Assembly (NCBI RefSeq): GCF_036321535.1
Contig: NC_087437.1
Span: 92,630,001-92,694,000 of the forward strand
Reading direction: 5' to 3'
DNA: 64,000 nt
Source of the DNA: Camelus dromedarius
Lineage: Eukaryota
The notes under the pieces: generated by a model
The model's input: only the letters and a program-made list of their open reading frames with translations
Told to the model about the DNA's origin: nothing
Database searches by the model: none
Part shown: positions 37,800-50,320 of the stretch, piece by piece
Position numbering within the stretch: the first letter of the stretch is position 1
Layout: each line of letters begins with the position of its first letter
Position numbers and translations under genes: made by a program

Positions 37800-38260
37800 T
37801 GTGGGTTGACTGACTGAACTTCCCTTGCCATCCTCTTTCTCTCATGCCTTTATTTTAAAGGCTGTAAAAGTTAAAAACTCAACTACTCAAGCTCCAACTT
37901 TCCAAACTTCCTTACTAATATGGATATCCATGTTCTTACTCTTCCTACTGACAAATGTAGGTCCTACTGATGTCTGCTGATTCTGTCTTTACCTCTAAAT
38001 GTTTTCTACTTTCTTTTGGCTGGAAAATGATGTAAGGCCTAGAAGCATAGCAGCCTTCTTGTGACATGAGGCAATAGAAGTGTATATGAAGGCCTGAAAA
38101 AAATTCTGGGTCCTTGTTGACATAATTGAGAGACTGTGCCAAGCTTGGATTGAAGATGTTCAAGTTTGTTTGTTGTTATATTAGACAACTCTCTGTGTAT
38201 TTAAGCTTTTAATTGTATGGTTTTTCTCTTACTTGCAGCTGAACCTATACCTAACTGATA
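37800..38260 (+). mobile_element. Old ERVL/MaLR LTR (MLT1J-L or LTR33-like)
   Basis: gcagccttcttgtgacatgagg...ctgggtccttgttgacat...ttacttgcagctgaacctatacctaactgata. Confidence 0.65.
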
Positions 38261-38299
38261 GAGATCATGCATCATTTGGTTATACATCTTTTAAGTCAG

Positions 38300-38480
38300 C
38301 TATGTTTTCCTGGTCTGTAATTCCACAGAGGCAGACTCTGGGACAGATTCAAGGGCAAATATTTTATTTCTGATGTGATCCCAGGAAACATCAATGGGGA
38401 ATGAAGAAGCAAGACCAAGAAGGGAAAGAACTCAGTAAAAGGACATTATCCACTATCAGAGATATGGATAGAACTTTGGA
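38300..38480 (-). mobile_element. LTR16-like 3' LTR remnant
   Basis: cagaggcagactctgggacagattcaagggcaaatattttatt...gtgatcccaggaaaca resembles 40010-40130. Confidence 0.7.
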
Positions 38481-38489
38481 ATAGCTTCT

Positions 38490-40009
38490 TAGAGTCCCAG
38501 TTAAAGTTCTATCTGGCTGGTAGTTTCTGAAGTATACAGTTTATGGTGAGATCAGTAAATATCATGGTCAAGTGTCCATTGTCATAGAATAAAGGCAATG
38601 TTATGTGTAATCTCAAATTCTTGGACATTGGTGCTAACTGAAGCATTACAGGCAGGAAAGTAAAACTATACTGGAGATACTTTCCAAGCAAGGATGAATT
38701 GTCTGTTCCCCTAGAATATAAGGGGACTGATGCAATCAACTTGCCATCAAGTGACAGATTTGTCTCTAACTGGTGGTATTGTATTGAGGACTCTCCATCA
38801 CTTTCAGTTATGTTCTTAGGAATGGGTGCTTCCCCTTCTGTTACTTTAGGCTCCAGTGAATTAGATGTCCTGTTTTTCCCAAAGATCAAGACCTCCTGGT
38901 TGTCACTCTACACTTACTGCCTGCTACAAGGATCATATCCCTATTATCTGATAGTTAAACATTGTTACATGGCCTCTACAATCACAAATCACCGTCATTC
39001 TAATTCCCTACCACAAACCAGTCTGTGAAAGATAGTTCCTATTTCTTAACAACATCATGTGCCCTTTACTATCACATTCCCTATTACTTCAGAGAAAGGA
39101 GTACCCTCTGAACCCCACCAGAGGACACAGTCAATTGTTTGATTCACTAGTATTACCTAGTAGAGTCATTCTAACACTCACATTCCTGAGACTATTAATC
39201 TCTTCTTTAATATTTTCTAAGGAAATTCTGGCAAATCCACCTCATTTACCATGGACTGTCATTTCTTCCAAATCCTAAGGAGCCACTGCAACAGAATATT
39301 AGAACTAGCTTGCAGGACCTCCTCCAGGACAGTAATCTTGAATTTCCTAAGTGTGTTTTGTATCAATAAACTCTGCCTTTTCCTGCCTTATATTCCACTC
39401 CCCACTCTTTAGGACAGTCTAGCATTTTAGCATTCACTTCCAAGCATATTATCCCAGTTCCTACTGTACATATTACATAGATTCTGTAACTCATTTGGTG
39501 GATAATTTCTCCCCAAAGTATCTACCAGGAAATCTTCATCCCAAGTCTCAGTGCCCATTCTTCCCCCAAAAGGACCCCAGCACCAGCGTAGGAACTTGCC
39601 AGGGCTGTAAAGTCAGTTCACTTTGTACTTCAGTCAGCCTTTTGTCCTCCCACTGTTGGAGGAGAGTGTATCTGTGTCATACCAAGCCTGGAATTGACAG
39701 TTGACTTCCTCAGATCTGTCACTTTTTTCCTATAAGTCTTCTGTTGCACTTACACCAATTAGTGCTGTATCCTTATAATTACCATTGCATCATCCTTCTC
39801 AAGAAATTGAGGTATTATCTGAATCAAAGTGTCTCCTTCCCCTGTAACCCAACCCAACTCACCTCAGGTAAGAATCTCAGCATAGGAGAAGTTACAACCA
39901 CACTGCTTACCCCCAGTAATAGGAACCTCACTGCCATCTAGCAGGTGGAAAATACAGTTCCAGAATGTTGTCTTGAGGGTCTGCTCCTGTGACCACTTTT
40001 GGAACCCAC
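38490..40009 (-). mobile_element. ERVL-type (ERV3-16A3/HERV16-like) internal remnant: leader/gag plus integrase fragments
   Basis: The minus strand just after the LTR reads gtgggttccaaaagtggtcacaggagcagaccctcaag (ERVL PBS/leader-like). The 38510-38710 minus sequence resembles the ERVL integrase GIHWSYHVPHHPEAAGLIER region. Confidence 0.65.
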
Positions 40010-40444
40010 TGTCTGTTTGGATTCTCCCCAAAGTAGCCACTAAGACAAGGATTCAAGTGTAGAGAATTTATGAGGTGATCCCAGGAAGCACCACTAGGGG
40101 GAGTGTAACTGTAACAGGAAGGGGCAGGAGACCATTACAAGGTGGGTTCTCAGTCTAGTCACCAATTCGGGAAGTGGGCTCAGTCCTATTAGGGCACTCT
40201 GAGGAGATGATGTTATGCCAATCAAGGGGTGAAAAAGCTGAGATATTTACCAACTAGGTCTCCCTCTGTTATTGGTTGGAGCATTAACCCTCTGGCCCTT
40301 TAGCTTGCTGTGTGTACAGAGCAAGCATGCCCCCCACAGCTGCACTGAAGCCCCCAAGCAGAGACACAGGCATTAAGCAGCATTAAGCAGCCTTTAGGGT
40401 GTTGGTCTGTGTACAGATGGGACACGGAAGGGGCACTGGCTACA
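40010..40444 (-). mobile_element. LTR16-like 5' LTR
   Basis: tgtctgtttggattctccccaaagtagccactaagacaaggattcaagtg...gaggtgatcccaggaagcacc...ggcactggctaca. Confidence 0.78.
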
Positions 40445-41482
40445 TTTTGCTCTAAAAAGGAACATCTTTTCTTTCTCATAAGGCTGAGAAGGGTATGATC
40501 ATACCAGGAAGAAATATCTACCTCTGGCCACATGTGTAGGAAAAAATAAGGAATTGCACACATACAGTGTGATGAAAAGTGCCCCCAAACTATTTTCTCT
40601 GAATATATTGTATCAATTATCCCCTTGTTCTGGTGTCTGAAATTTCCCCATTTTTAAAATTCCTTTAAAATGCCTAGACTCTGCAAATCCTTTTCTCAAG
40701 AGTAAATTACACCTGGAAAGAATCATGCATTAAACCATTACAACAATATAATATAACGTATAAAACAGGAAAAAGTGTCATTTAGCTACAAAGCTGAAGG
40801 TATAGTGGTAGATTCTGGTACTAGGGCACAAAATCATTAGTATCTCCTTGAAAACAAAACATCTGGAGATCTTCCTAAGTCTATAATTTTGAAGTATGCT
40901 GATTTCATATTTGGATGCCAATCAGCCTGTTTAGTTCACTAACAGGCTACATGACTCATTCCAGCATCATAGCCTGTAGCACATAAGCAGTTTACAAAGC
41001 ACTATTTCATTTAACACTGAACAGTAGATAGTGGCCAATACCCTGTTCTTTAAGGCTCTTACCCTACCTCCCAGTGCCCAAATCCACACCCAAGTATAAG
41101 GTGCTATGTTATGAATAAAGAACATTAAGTAATATTTTGCTAAGACCAGTTTGTGTCTTTCTTGACAGGTTCCAGAGTGAAGACTCTCCTCTCTTCCATG
41201 ATATTTTCCCCCAGATTTCTCTATTTCACATCATTTTGCCTTGGGCTGTCTCTTCTCTAAGTCCTTTCATGTATTTGTAATAGAAGTACTACTAATAAAA
41301 TAGTCCTGAGATTGCTGCTCTTTCCTGAAGGGTGTCCATTGTCAGAAAGCAGAAAAGGACCACAGCGGGGAAAAAAAGAGAAGAGGCATGTGGTGTTCCT
41401 TACTGGACAGCTCTGCTCTAGACCACAGGGAGAAAATATCCTTTAGAGAGGACATTTATCATTTCTGAGGATGCTTTATCAC

Positions 41483-41820
41483 TCAGGGTCCCACCCAGAA
41501 ACAGATGGCAGATTCAAATTAGGATAATTTGAGAAGGATTTCATTAAGGAGCAATTTGCAAAAATGAGAGAAGTGTATCAGGAAACCACTGGGGATATTG
41601 CCATCACCACCCATAGATTTGAAGGAGCAAAGGGAAGGAGCAATTATAGGATCCCAGAGACCCAGAAAGTTGGAGAAAGCAGGATGGGACCTCCTGCAGC
41701 AGCTAACACTTCAGGAAAGGATATAGTCAGTCCATGGAGACCCTGTTGGGGCAAAGACAAGGGAATAAGCACTCTAATCTCTCTCTCCTCCTCTACTGGT
41801 CATCCACCTTTGGATGACCT
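41483..41820 (-). mobile_element. ERVL LTR (LTR41/LTR33-like), partial
   Basis: tcagggtcccacccagaaacagatggcagattcaaattaggataatttgagaagg is the reverse complement of the end of the LTR at 45343-45845. Confidence 0.65.
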
Positions 41821-41821
41821 T

Positions 41822-42490
41822 GCCTGGGCTTCCAGCTAGTTAGGTGTTTTGAGTTTTTCTGAGTTTTTTCCTCTAGATTTCCCATTATATCTGGGGTTTT
41901 TTTTCCCCAAATAAATTGCTTGGCTGATTAAATTCACCAGAGAGCAGCTGTGGTTTCTGAAGTAAAGGATTCTGATTATTGGGAGGAAAAATGATAGCAT
42001 GAAGAGGTTGCGAAGGTAACACTGGAGCAGCTCCTGTGATATACAAGGAGTCCAGGTTGTGTCCCCAGGGGTCTAACCTTCAGCAGTCGCGGTAAATAAG
42101 AAGAAGTGTGGAATTAACCATCTTGTTTAATTGGGGCTGAAAACAAAGCAACCAAAAGTTCATCTAGTATTCTAAGGGGAGGATCTCAACACCCAGCAAG
42201 ACATAGCACATCTACAAGTCATGTTTCACCTATAGGAATATGGAATAAAATGCTCATTGAAGGCACTGAGAAACAGCTACCGCCACCTAACAGTATGCCA
42301 GGAAGGAGGCATTCAAGGACTGCAGGGTGAGCAGATGCTTCTAATAGCACTGGATATTTAAAGGAAAACAAAGACCAGCAGCCCAAATCCCCAAATTCTT
42401 GGCTCAAGTAATAGACTGAAACCCAGGAAATTTCCACAGTTAAGCTAGAGCATATTTTATTCTGTGTAATGGCAGAGCTGAGCTGCAGGG
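41822..42490 (+). mobile_element. MLT1 LTR 3' end plus MaLR internal (MLT-int) remnant
   Basis: aaataaattgcttggctgattaaattcaccagag...; internal gcttctaatagcactggatatttaaaggaaaac...aaattcttggctcaag...aacccaggaaatttcc. Confidence 0.55.
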
Positions 42491-44237
42491 GGGCAGTGGG
42501 AAACGCACATTTGAGGTTGTAGCTACTATGTCCTTTTGCAGTCATCACTTCATTGCTGCCTATCCCACATTTCCTAAGCTCTTTACCTTCCTTCCTCCCA
42601 GCCCCTTCTCTCTCTACAGTAGAAATCTGACAATAGGGTGCATAACTGAAAAAGAGTGATGGGGAAAGGCTTTCGTGCACAGGGTGGGAAGTACAGAGAG
42701 GGGTCTCAGGCAGCTGAGGTGAATGTGGCTGTGATCGGCAGGACCAAAAAGAAAGTTAGAAATCTCTATTGTCGAGAATGAGGAGGAGATTGCTAAAAGG
42801 GCCACTTGTGTGCATTCAGGAAACTGCTATATACGAGTAAGGGATTTCCTAAAGGGAATAGGAAAAGAAATTGAAGAAGGAGAGGATAAACTTTTTTTAT
42901 TCTCACCGCTACGTTTTCTCCCTGAATTTATCTAAATATACCGCACTATGCCTATAAGCTTCTTATAAGCTTTTCAAATGGCTACCTAGACAAAAAGGTT
43001 TACTTATGGAGATTTCAGAAAACAATCTTTTCAACTATTTACCAATTCTCCATAAAAATCAAGCTGTATTTTGTTCTTTAATAAAAACATGCCCCTACTG
43101 CCATTTTCCTGAAATTTAGGTGTCCCAGTGATACTGTCTTTTACAAATTCCTCATTTTCCAATGTTTTTCTTTAAATTGAATACGGTTTTATAGTATTAT
43201 AGAAACATTCATGGACAAATTCTATTGTAGCCAATTGTCAGAAGATAATCACAGAAGAGTGTGATCACTAAATTTACTGTGATAGAAAATTACGGTATGC
43301 ACAAGAAATGTATCTCTAAAATTGGCATGAACACAATTAAAATGTAAAGTGCTTTCATGTACAACTTTAATTCCTAGTAAAAAGGAGAGAGTGAAGTCAA
43401 TCCTTCAATAAAGGAAATGTAACAATTGAATATCCAATATCAATTTTTCAATCTGTAGTGGATTTGAAATATCAGCAATAAAGGCCAATAAAATTCAGAT
43501 GTTCTGAAACTGAACTTCTTTCAACTTATTCCAAGCTCCTGACCTCCCTACTTCATACAGACATCTTTACTGAGTCCACTTGAGGTTTTCACTCTCTCTG
43601 GCTCTGGCTTGTTTAAAGCAGTCTCCATTTTATTTAAAGCCCATCGCAGGGTGTTTGCAAAGCCCTCCTAATGGCCTTCCTTGGGCCCTGACTGCAAGCT
43701 CCTAGGAACTCACTCAGCTGCCTCGGGACTGGACACAACTCTACCTCTCTGTCTTGAGCTGTTCCTGGCAGAAGAGTCTTTGGTGATGGACAGCTGTTAG
43801 ATCTGGGATGATGATTCATGGCAGAGAAGAACCCCTGGGTTTCCCGTTCCCTGTGAGAGACAAACCCCTTGGTTTCCCACAAGCTTAGCTGGTGGCTTTG
43901 TACCGCTAGACCTTATGGAGACTGCACGGAGATTCCCTGCCCATGTTGTCTTTGGTCACTGGCAAGCACATGACGCTTACTCTCAATCTCCCTGAGTCCA
44001 CATAAATTTCTAGAAACTCAGGGGGTGAATTGGAGCCCCTCTTATGCTCAGACTCCCTGACCACCTGGTAGGACATCTTTATGGGTTGCCACTCTCAAAC
44101 TCGGTTGTCAGTAGAATCCCAGTTTCTTCCAGTTCTTAAATGCCACAACTTCATGAGGAACTCAAGCATACTACCCCTTCCTTTTGAGGAATCGTTGAGA
44201 GGAGGCAGGATTCCTCTCCTTTCTTGGAACTCTACAC

Positions 44238-44442
44238 CAGAATTTCTCAAGTGCCCCACTATTGACATTTTGGGCTGGATAACTCTTTGCTGTGGGTATG
44301 GAGGCCCTATGCATCATAGGAAGCTTACCAGGATTGCTGGTTTTTGCCCATGAGATGACAGTAACAAGTCCCCAGTTTGACACCAGATATTGCCAAATGT
44401 CCCCTGAGGGAGAGGCAAACCACCCTGCACTGAGAATCACCA
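44238..44442 (+). mobile_element. MER20 (hAT-Charlie)
   Basis: cactattgacattttgggctggataactctttgctgtggg...ccagatattgccaaatgtcccctg...tgagaatcac, with 8-bp TSD ctctacac/ctcaacac. Confidence 0.9.
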
Positions 44443-45342
44443 CTCAACACTGACTTCCACTAATATACAGGTCTTTTGTAAATATGTTATATGGATTGAG
44501 GAGGGAAGACGAGAATCTGCTCTGTCTGTTAAAATCTCTACACACTGCACTGTCTCATCTGTCAGTGGTATCATTTGAAACCTAGTGCTTAAAAAGATCT
44601 GGGGTTTCTCTTTTCTCAGCAGTGGGCTGCTTCCACAGAAATACACTTTCATCTAACTTTAAGATCAGTAAGGGACAACACATGGCCCAGAAAGCCAGGT
44701 AAAGAGCACCTTCAATTAATACTTCCTGTGCTATCTTGCCCGCGTGCTGGCACTTATGCTTTGTGCCTCAAGAGCAAGAGATACACACCGTCATTTATGT
44801 CCCATTGAGGATTACACTAGCCTTGTTTAGTACAGATGTCGCTGCCTTCCTGAAGTTTGATCCCTAAATCCCCAAGTCTAAAATCACAGCATTAAAATGT
44901 TAGATAAAATGTGTATCCTTTGAAAATTTCCTCGAGGAACTTATATCTAGCCATCACTCTTTTATAACTGAACTTACGAAACTTCTTTTAAGGAGTCTAG
45001 GCTCAGCACTTTCTCGTCCTCTCTTCCCTCCATGCCTTGACCCACTGCAATATCACTTCTTTTCACACCATCCCACAAGAACTGCTGTGATTAACATCAC
45101 CACCTGCAATATCCAGCATACACCTTACTGGCCTTACCTTCATGTTCCTTGGCCTCTCCATGATATTTTATGTTGTGACCAGTCTGAATTTTCATGAGTG
45201 ACCTAACATCAAGCTCTTTCATCACAACCACCTCATTAACTCCTTCTCAGTTTCTTTTCGGTGGTGATGCTACCCAGTTTTATTCTCAGAGGCTCATCTT
45301 GCTCAGCGCACTCTGCCTAAGGCAGGCATCCCTTGGTGCTTC

Positions 45343-45845
45343 TATGACGGATATCTTCCACTCATTCTTCTAGACCGACTCCCAACTCTCACCATCTTGC
45401 TCTGTGCCCTAAGAAGCTGACCTATAATTACTGTATCAATAAGCTCCCGTGTATTATGGCTTCCTCTGACTTGGTTTGGTCAATGGGGATCACCAGCAAG
45501 AGTTTAGGAGGGAGAAGAGAATCAGGTCAGGTTATTTATTCCCTTCCTGTGAGGTCTCCTCAAGCTGGCTCTGTCCCTCAGTAGATGGTCACTGTTTCTC
45601 CCATGGTGACCTGCACTCCTTGTATATCTTTACATGTAGATTTAGGTGACCTTTAACTTCTCTCACCTATTTAGGTCTAGTGATGGTTTTATTGCTGTTA
45701 GTCACAGATTCCTGCAATATCCTTTTGGTTTTCTTTGATCCTTCCCACATTTTTGTAGTCCATTTCTTTGTAATACCCCCTCCAAGAATTAGTCTAATTA
45801 TTATTGAGTGTGCCTTAGGTTTCCTGTTGGGAACTTGAACGCTAT
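45343..45845 (+). mobile_element. ERVL solo LTR (LTR41/LTR33-like)
   Basis: tgctctgtgccctaagaagctgacctat...ggtttggtcaatggggatcaccagcaagag...ttgagtgtgccttaggtttcctgttgggaacttga. Confidence 0.72.
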
Positions 45846-46291
45846 GTTCACCAATATACTATCCTGTCCTTTTTTCCAAGGTTACAACACATACACATGA
45901 TTTTCTCCCAGACTTACAGAACCTGTGTAATCCATAGGAACTTCAGATTCAATATGTGCAAAACTGAATCTGTTATCCTTTTTCTTCCCCAGAGTCACAC
46001 CCCTGGAAGTCAATTTGACTCATCCTCACTAGACATTTAACCACCAGCTCTTACTAAAATGACTCTCCATCCATCCTACTTCTCCATCTTTACCATCCTT
46101 CTCTTAGATTAGGCACTATAGCATTTCCCACTTAAACTGTGAAGCTAACCTTTCAACTATTTTCCCTGTCACCTGGCTCACTACTAGTACATTTGTCTTC
46201 CACTCTAGTAGTGTGAACTATCCTATCTTGTGACGCTGATCCAAAATTTTTCTAAGGTACGATTTCATCAAAGTAATAAAACTCTGAATAC

Positions 46292-46406
46292 CTTCCTTGT
46301 TAACTCCAACTCCAAGTATCTCCCTTGTCAACTCCAACTCCAAGTACCTCCCTTGTCAACTCCAACCATAAGGATCTTCCTTGTCAACTCCAACTCCAAG
46401 GATCTT
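46292..46406. repeat. 4 x 28-bp minisatellite (CTYCCTTGTCAACTCCAACTCCAAGKAT)
   Basis: Head-to-tail units start at 46292, 46320, 46348 and 46376. Confidence 0.93.
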
Positions 46407-47375
46407 ACTACAGCTGCCTGTAGTCTCATATCTATCCACCAAGTCCTTCCCTCCTTAATTTCTGAAAATGCCAAATTCATATTCCTCCAAACATGCCATA
46501 TTATTTTATTTCTCCATGCTTTTGCACATGTTGTTTTTCACATGTTGTATTCATTAGATGATTATCTCCTTATATTTCATGTATTCATAGATCAACTTAC
46601 CCTCTGTGAAGCCTTTCTGATCTCAAATCAACTTCACTACACGTTCCCTTGGACTATATATGTAGAATGTAACAAACAAGATAATATATTTGAATTACAT
46701 TATTTTTTATATTGCTAAACTTCAACTCCTCAAACGTAGAGACCATTTAAAAGTATCAATTCAGGTTTAGTGGAATTGAAACTACCTTATTAGAAATTAT
46801 TGATCCATCATGCTGTTTGCTCTTTTCATGTGGAGAATATATTTTTGAAAAATAAGAGTTCTACATTTCATTTTTAAATACATCATATGTGGGGGTGTTG
46901 TCTTTAAGCAATTTTTCAGTCTAAGTAATCATAATCAAAATGGCAATCTTATTTTCCTCTTGGACAAAGGGAAATTTTTTGGCTGAATGCCAGAGGTAAA
47001 AAATTGGTATTATAGGCATGATGGTTCTTTAGATTGTTTTGGTTTCTCTTTTCTGACAACACTTCTATTATAAAATGTTACATGTAAATGTAGTCATAAT
47101 TCACTTACCTAGAGACATCTAGTCCCATCAAATTAAGGGTTAAATTTCTACATATTCAAGTTCTTACTTAAAATTAGAACCAGAATTAGTGTTTTTTAGA
47201 TACATGTTTCATTTGTCTGTTTTTAGTTACTAGATTAAGCTTAATCTCCATCCATTGTTGACTATCAATAAGTAAAAGCTTTTTGTACTTTTAAAGTGTT
47301 CCTGAGTTTCATACATCTTGCAAATTTTGTTTATTAGCAGCAGAGATATGCTGCTAATTAAGATATTACACATTA

Positions 47376-47508
47376 GGGAGGGTACAGCTCAGTGGTAGAG
47401 TGCGTGTTTAGCATTCACAAGGTCCTAGGTTCAATCCCCAGTACCTCCATTAAAAATAAATAAATCAAATTATCCCCCCCCAAAAAAAACAACAAAAAGC
47501 TTAAAAAA
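47376..47508 (+). mobile_element. tRNA-derived camelid SINE (Vic-1-type)
   Basis: gggagggtacagctcagtggtagagtgcgtg...ggttcaatccccagtacctccattaaaaataaataaa, with degenerate ~16-bp TSD aagatattacacatta/aggatattaaacataa. Confidence 0.9.
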
Positions 47509-48369
47509 AGGATATTAAACATAATTGATTCAAGTTAGCATTTGTCTTCACAGTTACAGTATAAATAGAGAATAACTTATAAGTTTTAAGCACACATTAC
47601 ATGGATTAACATAATTATTTATAACTAAGATACAATACTGTTCTCCGTGGTGACAAATAACATTACCTAGAATGTAATCTTGTATTATATAGATATTTAC
47701 AACTACTTCTTTGAAATTGTCCTTTATTAATTCCATAGAAGGCATATTTCAAGTGACTCTAAACTTGACACTTAGGAATGCATTTATAAGTTTCTTCAGA
47801 GGAGATTCACGATTCCTCACGACAAGTATTCAGCTGTAAATCATAGGCTGAAAAACTGTAAAGTTTCAAGAAAATCTTATACAAAGATATTGTTATCACA
47901 AAACCTTAATAACTGCATAAAACTGTGAATATAGCAAAGGTTTAAATTAATTACGCAAATGTTGAAGAAAGAGCATCAGATTTTTTATTTCTTTTTGCAA
48001 ACAAAGCATCAAGAATCTTCGCTAGGAGTTATATAGTGAAAAGCACCATCAAACAAGCAAATTAAAAATTGCTTGAAGCTCTCTCAAGGTTACATTCTAA
48101 CATCCTTGAAAGGAGACACTTGAAAAATATGAAATCTTCTGAAATTGACAGTCTGTGTTACACTATTAACCTACCAAATAGATGAAAACATTTGCACAGA
48201 GAGTATTTTAAAACATGTTATATCAAAACAAATGTATATATTATGAATTGCAATTCAATGTTTCAAATGATTTAAAAATAATAATAAAACAAGAGGCTTT
48301 CAAAAAAATTGGACACCCAGGACCTAATCCCCAGAAACAGAATATAGAGCAGTTTTAGAGGGAGGGCCC

Positions 48370-48545
48370 TGCAATCATGCTCTCGGGAGTCTCAGCTCCA
48401 CCACCTATTAACTCATTAATTGTGAGCCTCACTTTGCTCATCTCATGCCAAAATGGCCCACGGAGATTTTGGCAATTAGCTGAGACAGTGAATGTAAAGC
48501 ACAGAGCCAGTCAATTCTAAGCACTTGATAAATGTTTAGTATTAT
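48370..48545 (+). mobile_element. MIR fragment
   Basis: agtctcagctccaccacctatta...gagcctcactttgctcatct...atgtaaagcacagagc...taagcacttgataaatgtt. Confidence 0.7.
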
Positions 48546-48914
48546 CATGGTGATGGTAGATGTGATTCTGGTGGTGTTCCCTTCCCTAGAGTCGGAGATT
48601 TCCCTGTGCCCTTGGGGTCTTTTGGTGAAAAGTCTGGTGAAGCACTGATACACATATGCCTTAGATATTGCTCAAAATAATTCATTCAGTCTCCTGCAGT
48701 CATATGTTGCATTTTCACATCTCTATGATCCATCACCTAAGACGCATTTTCCACTATCTCAATCTTTGAAACTCCACACATCCTAGAGTTAGATTCTCTT
48801 TCTTGCTTGACTTCTTCCCTAATTATATGAGGTAAAAGTAACTTCTCTTTCCTCTACTCCAGGCATGATGTTTCATTTACACTTCTGAGTGCTTACAATT
48901 ATCTAGAAATATGC

Positions 48915-49075
48915 AGTCTCATTTTCTCCTAACAAACAGCCTAATGAAGTGAATATTATTATTGTCCCCATTTTTCAGATGAAGAAGCTTAGGGTTATAT
49001 CGATTATATTTATTGCACACAGTCACCAGCGAGGAAGTAGCTAAAAAGTGTCTGAGACACGTCCAACCTTCTACC
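48915..49075 (-). mobile_element. MIR fragment
   Basis: attattattgtccccatttttcagatgaagaagcttagg. Confidence 0.7.
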
Positions 49076-50320
49076 ATACTCACTTTCCAAAACCACTCTT
49101 CCCTAATGCCTCAGTCTCAGGCCACTCACAGACCATCTTGGGTTGCCCCTGTTCATAGCCATGATTTATTTCCCTTACTAAATTACCAGCTCCTAAAATT
49201 CCAAAACTCTTCTGCTTGTGGTTATCTAAAACAATAAGGCCAACCAGGAACCAGAGAAAGGAAAAAACTGCTTTCGTCTGACCTTGCTGAACACAAGAAA
49301 CACTAACACTCTCAAGGGAAACATGCATGAAGAGATTTCAAGACTATAAAGATTTAGAGAATTGTCTTAACTTCCCAAAGCTATGCCAAAGAAATCTGAA
49401 TCTTTGGCGTGTCACTATTGATGACACATGTCAACTTTCATAGGGTCATGAGATAAATGGTAACCTTAACCACTTGCTTCCAAAGCTTCTGTTTCCTCTG
49501 AAGGCTGACATGGTGTGTTGTATGAAATCACCGGTCCTGTTGTACCTGCTGCAATCAATACTGCAATTAAAGGGAACTAGCGCTTGAAGGAATTGATCAG
49601 ACAGATCCAAACCTATTTTCTCCACTTTATGTAAATTCAAAACAATAAAATAGTCAAGTAAATATATTGCACAAGCACAGAAAAAAAAAACTGACACTTC
49701 CTAAAAGGAAGAGGTCATAAAGATATAAATCGAAAAATAAACAAGGTTTTCTACAAATTACAAACATTTAAGTGGCCATTTGCAAAAATAAAAAAAAAAA
49801 TTAAACACTACTTCTAGTCAACAATGTCTACTGTCACATTTTAAACATTCAGTAGTTCAACAGAGAACTGACATAATGCTTCGCACTTTTAGTTTTGTCA
49901 ATGAGATTAAGATATCAATTGCAAGTTAACGTAACAGTTAAGATCCGCATTTAACGGCTGCATAAGAGGAGGCCTTTGATTTGCCTGTGCAAATTCAGTA
50001 ACAACTCATTAGATGTAACTATGACTTATTACTTGGTTTCTTCGAAGATAATGCCTCGAAATTTTGCCCTATGAAATAAAGCAAACAATTTTATGTAATC
50101 TTAGATTTGAAATGAATCTTAAATATCATGGTAAAAAGTGCTTTAGTGGCAGTAGTAAAGGATTCCCACAGTTAAAAGACAAAGTCAGATAAGGATTACC
50201 CTCTGGAACTGAAAGTTATAAAGATCAAATCATTTCAATATCAGATTTACTTAAATATATTATGCACATACCATGTTATTTACATGTATCCTAACATTGA
50301 TTGTCCTCATTCATGGATTC

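Larger units (their letters stand above)
44960..46760 (+). mobile_element. L2 fragments interrupted by an LTR and a minisatellite
   Basis: ccttgacccactgcaat...aacttcagattcaatatgtgcaaaactgaa...catgcttttgcacatgttgtt...cctctgtgaagcctttctga. Confidence 0.65.

Noticed and set aside
38618..38635. Plus-strand FLDIGA retroviral protease-like motif
   Set aside because: A stop follows closely, and the surrounding DNA fits ERVL integrase on the opposite strand.
40569..40640. C/D snoRNA-like boxes (GTGATGA ... CTGA)
   Set aside because: There is no terminal stem and no recognisable guide sequence; such boxes are common by chance.
42219..42680. 153-aa minus-strand ORF
   Set aside because: It is partly antisense to MaLR internal sequence, has a non-ATG start, and shows no recognisable domain.
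46230..46718. Longest ORF (162 aa) and a CRISPR-like 28-bp repeat
   Set aside because: The ORF is open partly because of a tandem repeat in an L2 relic. The repeats are contiguous with no spacers, there are no cas genes, and the DNA is mammalian.
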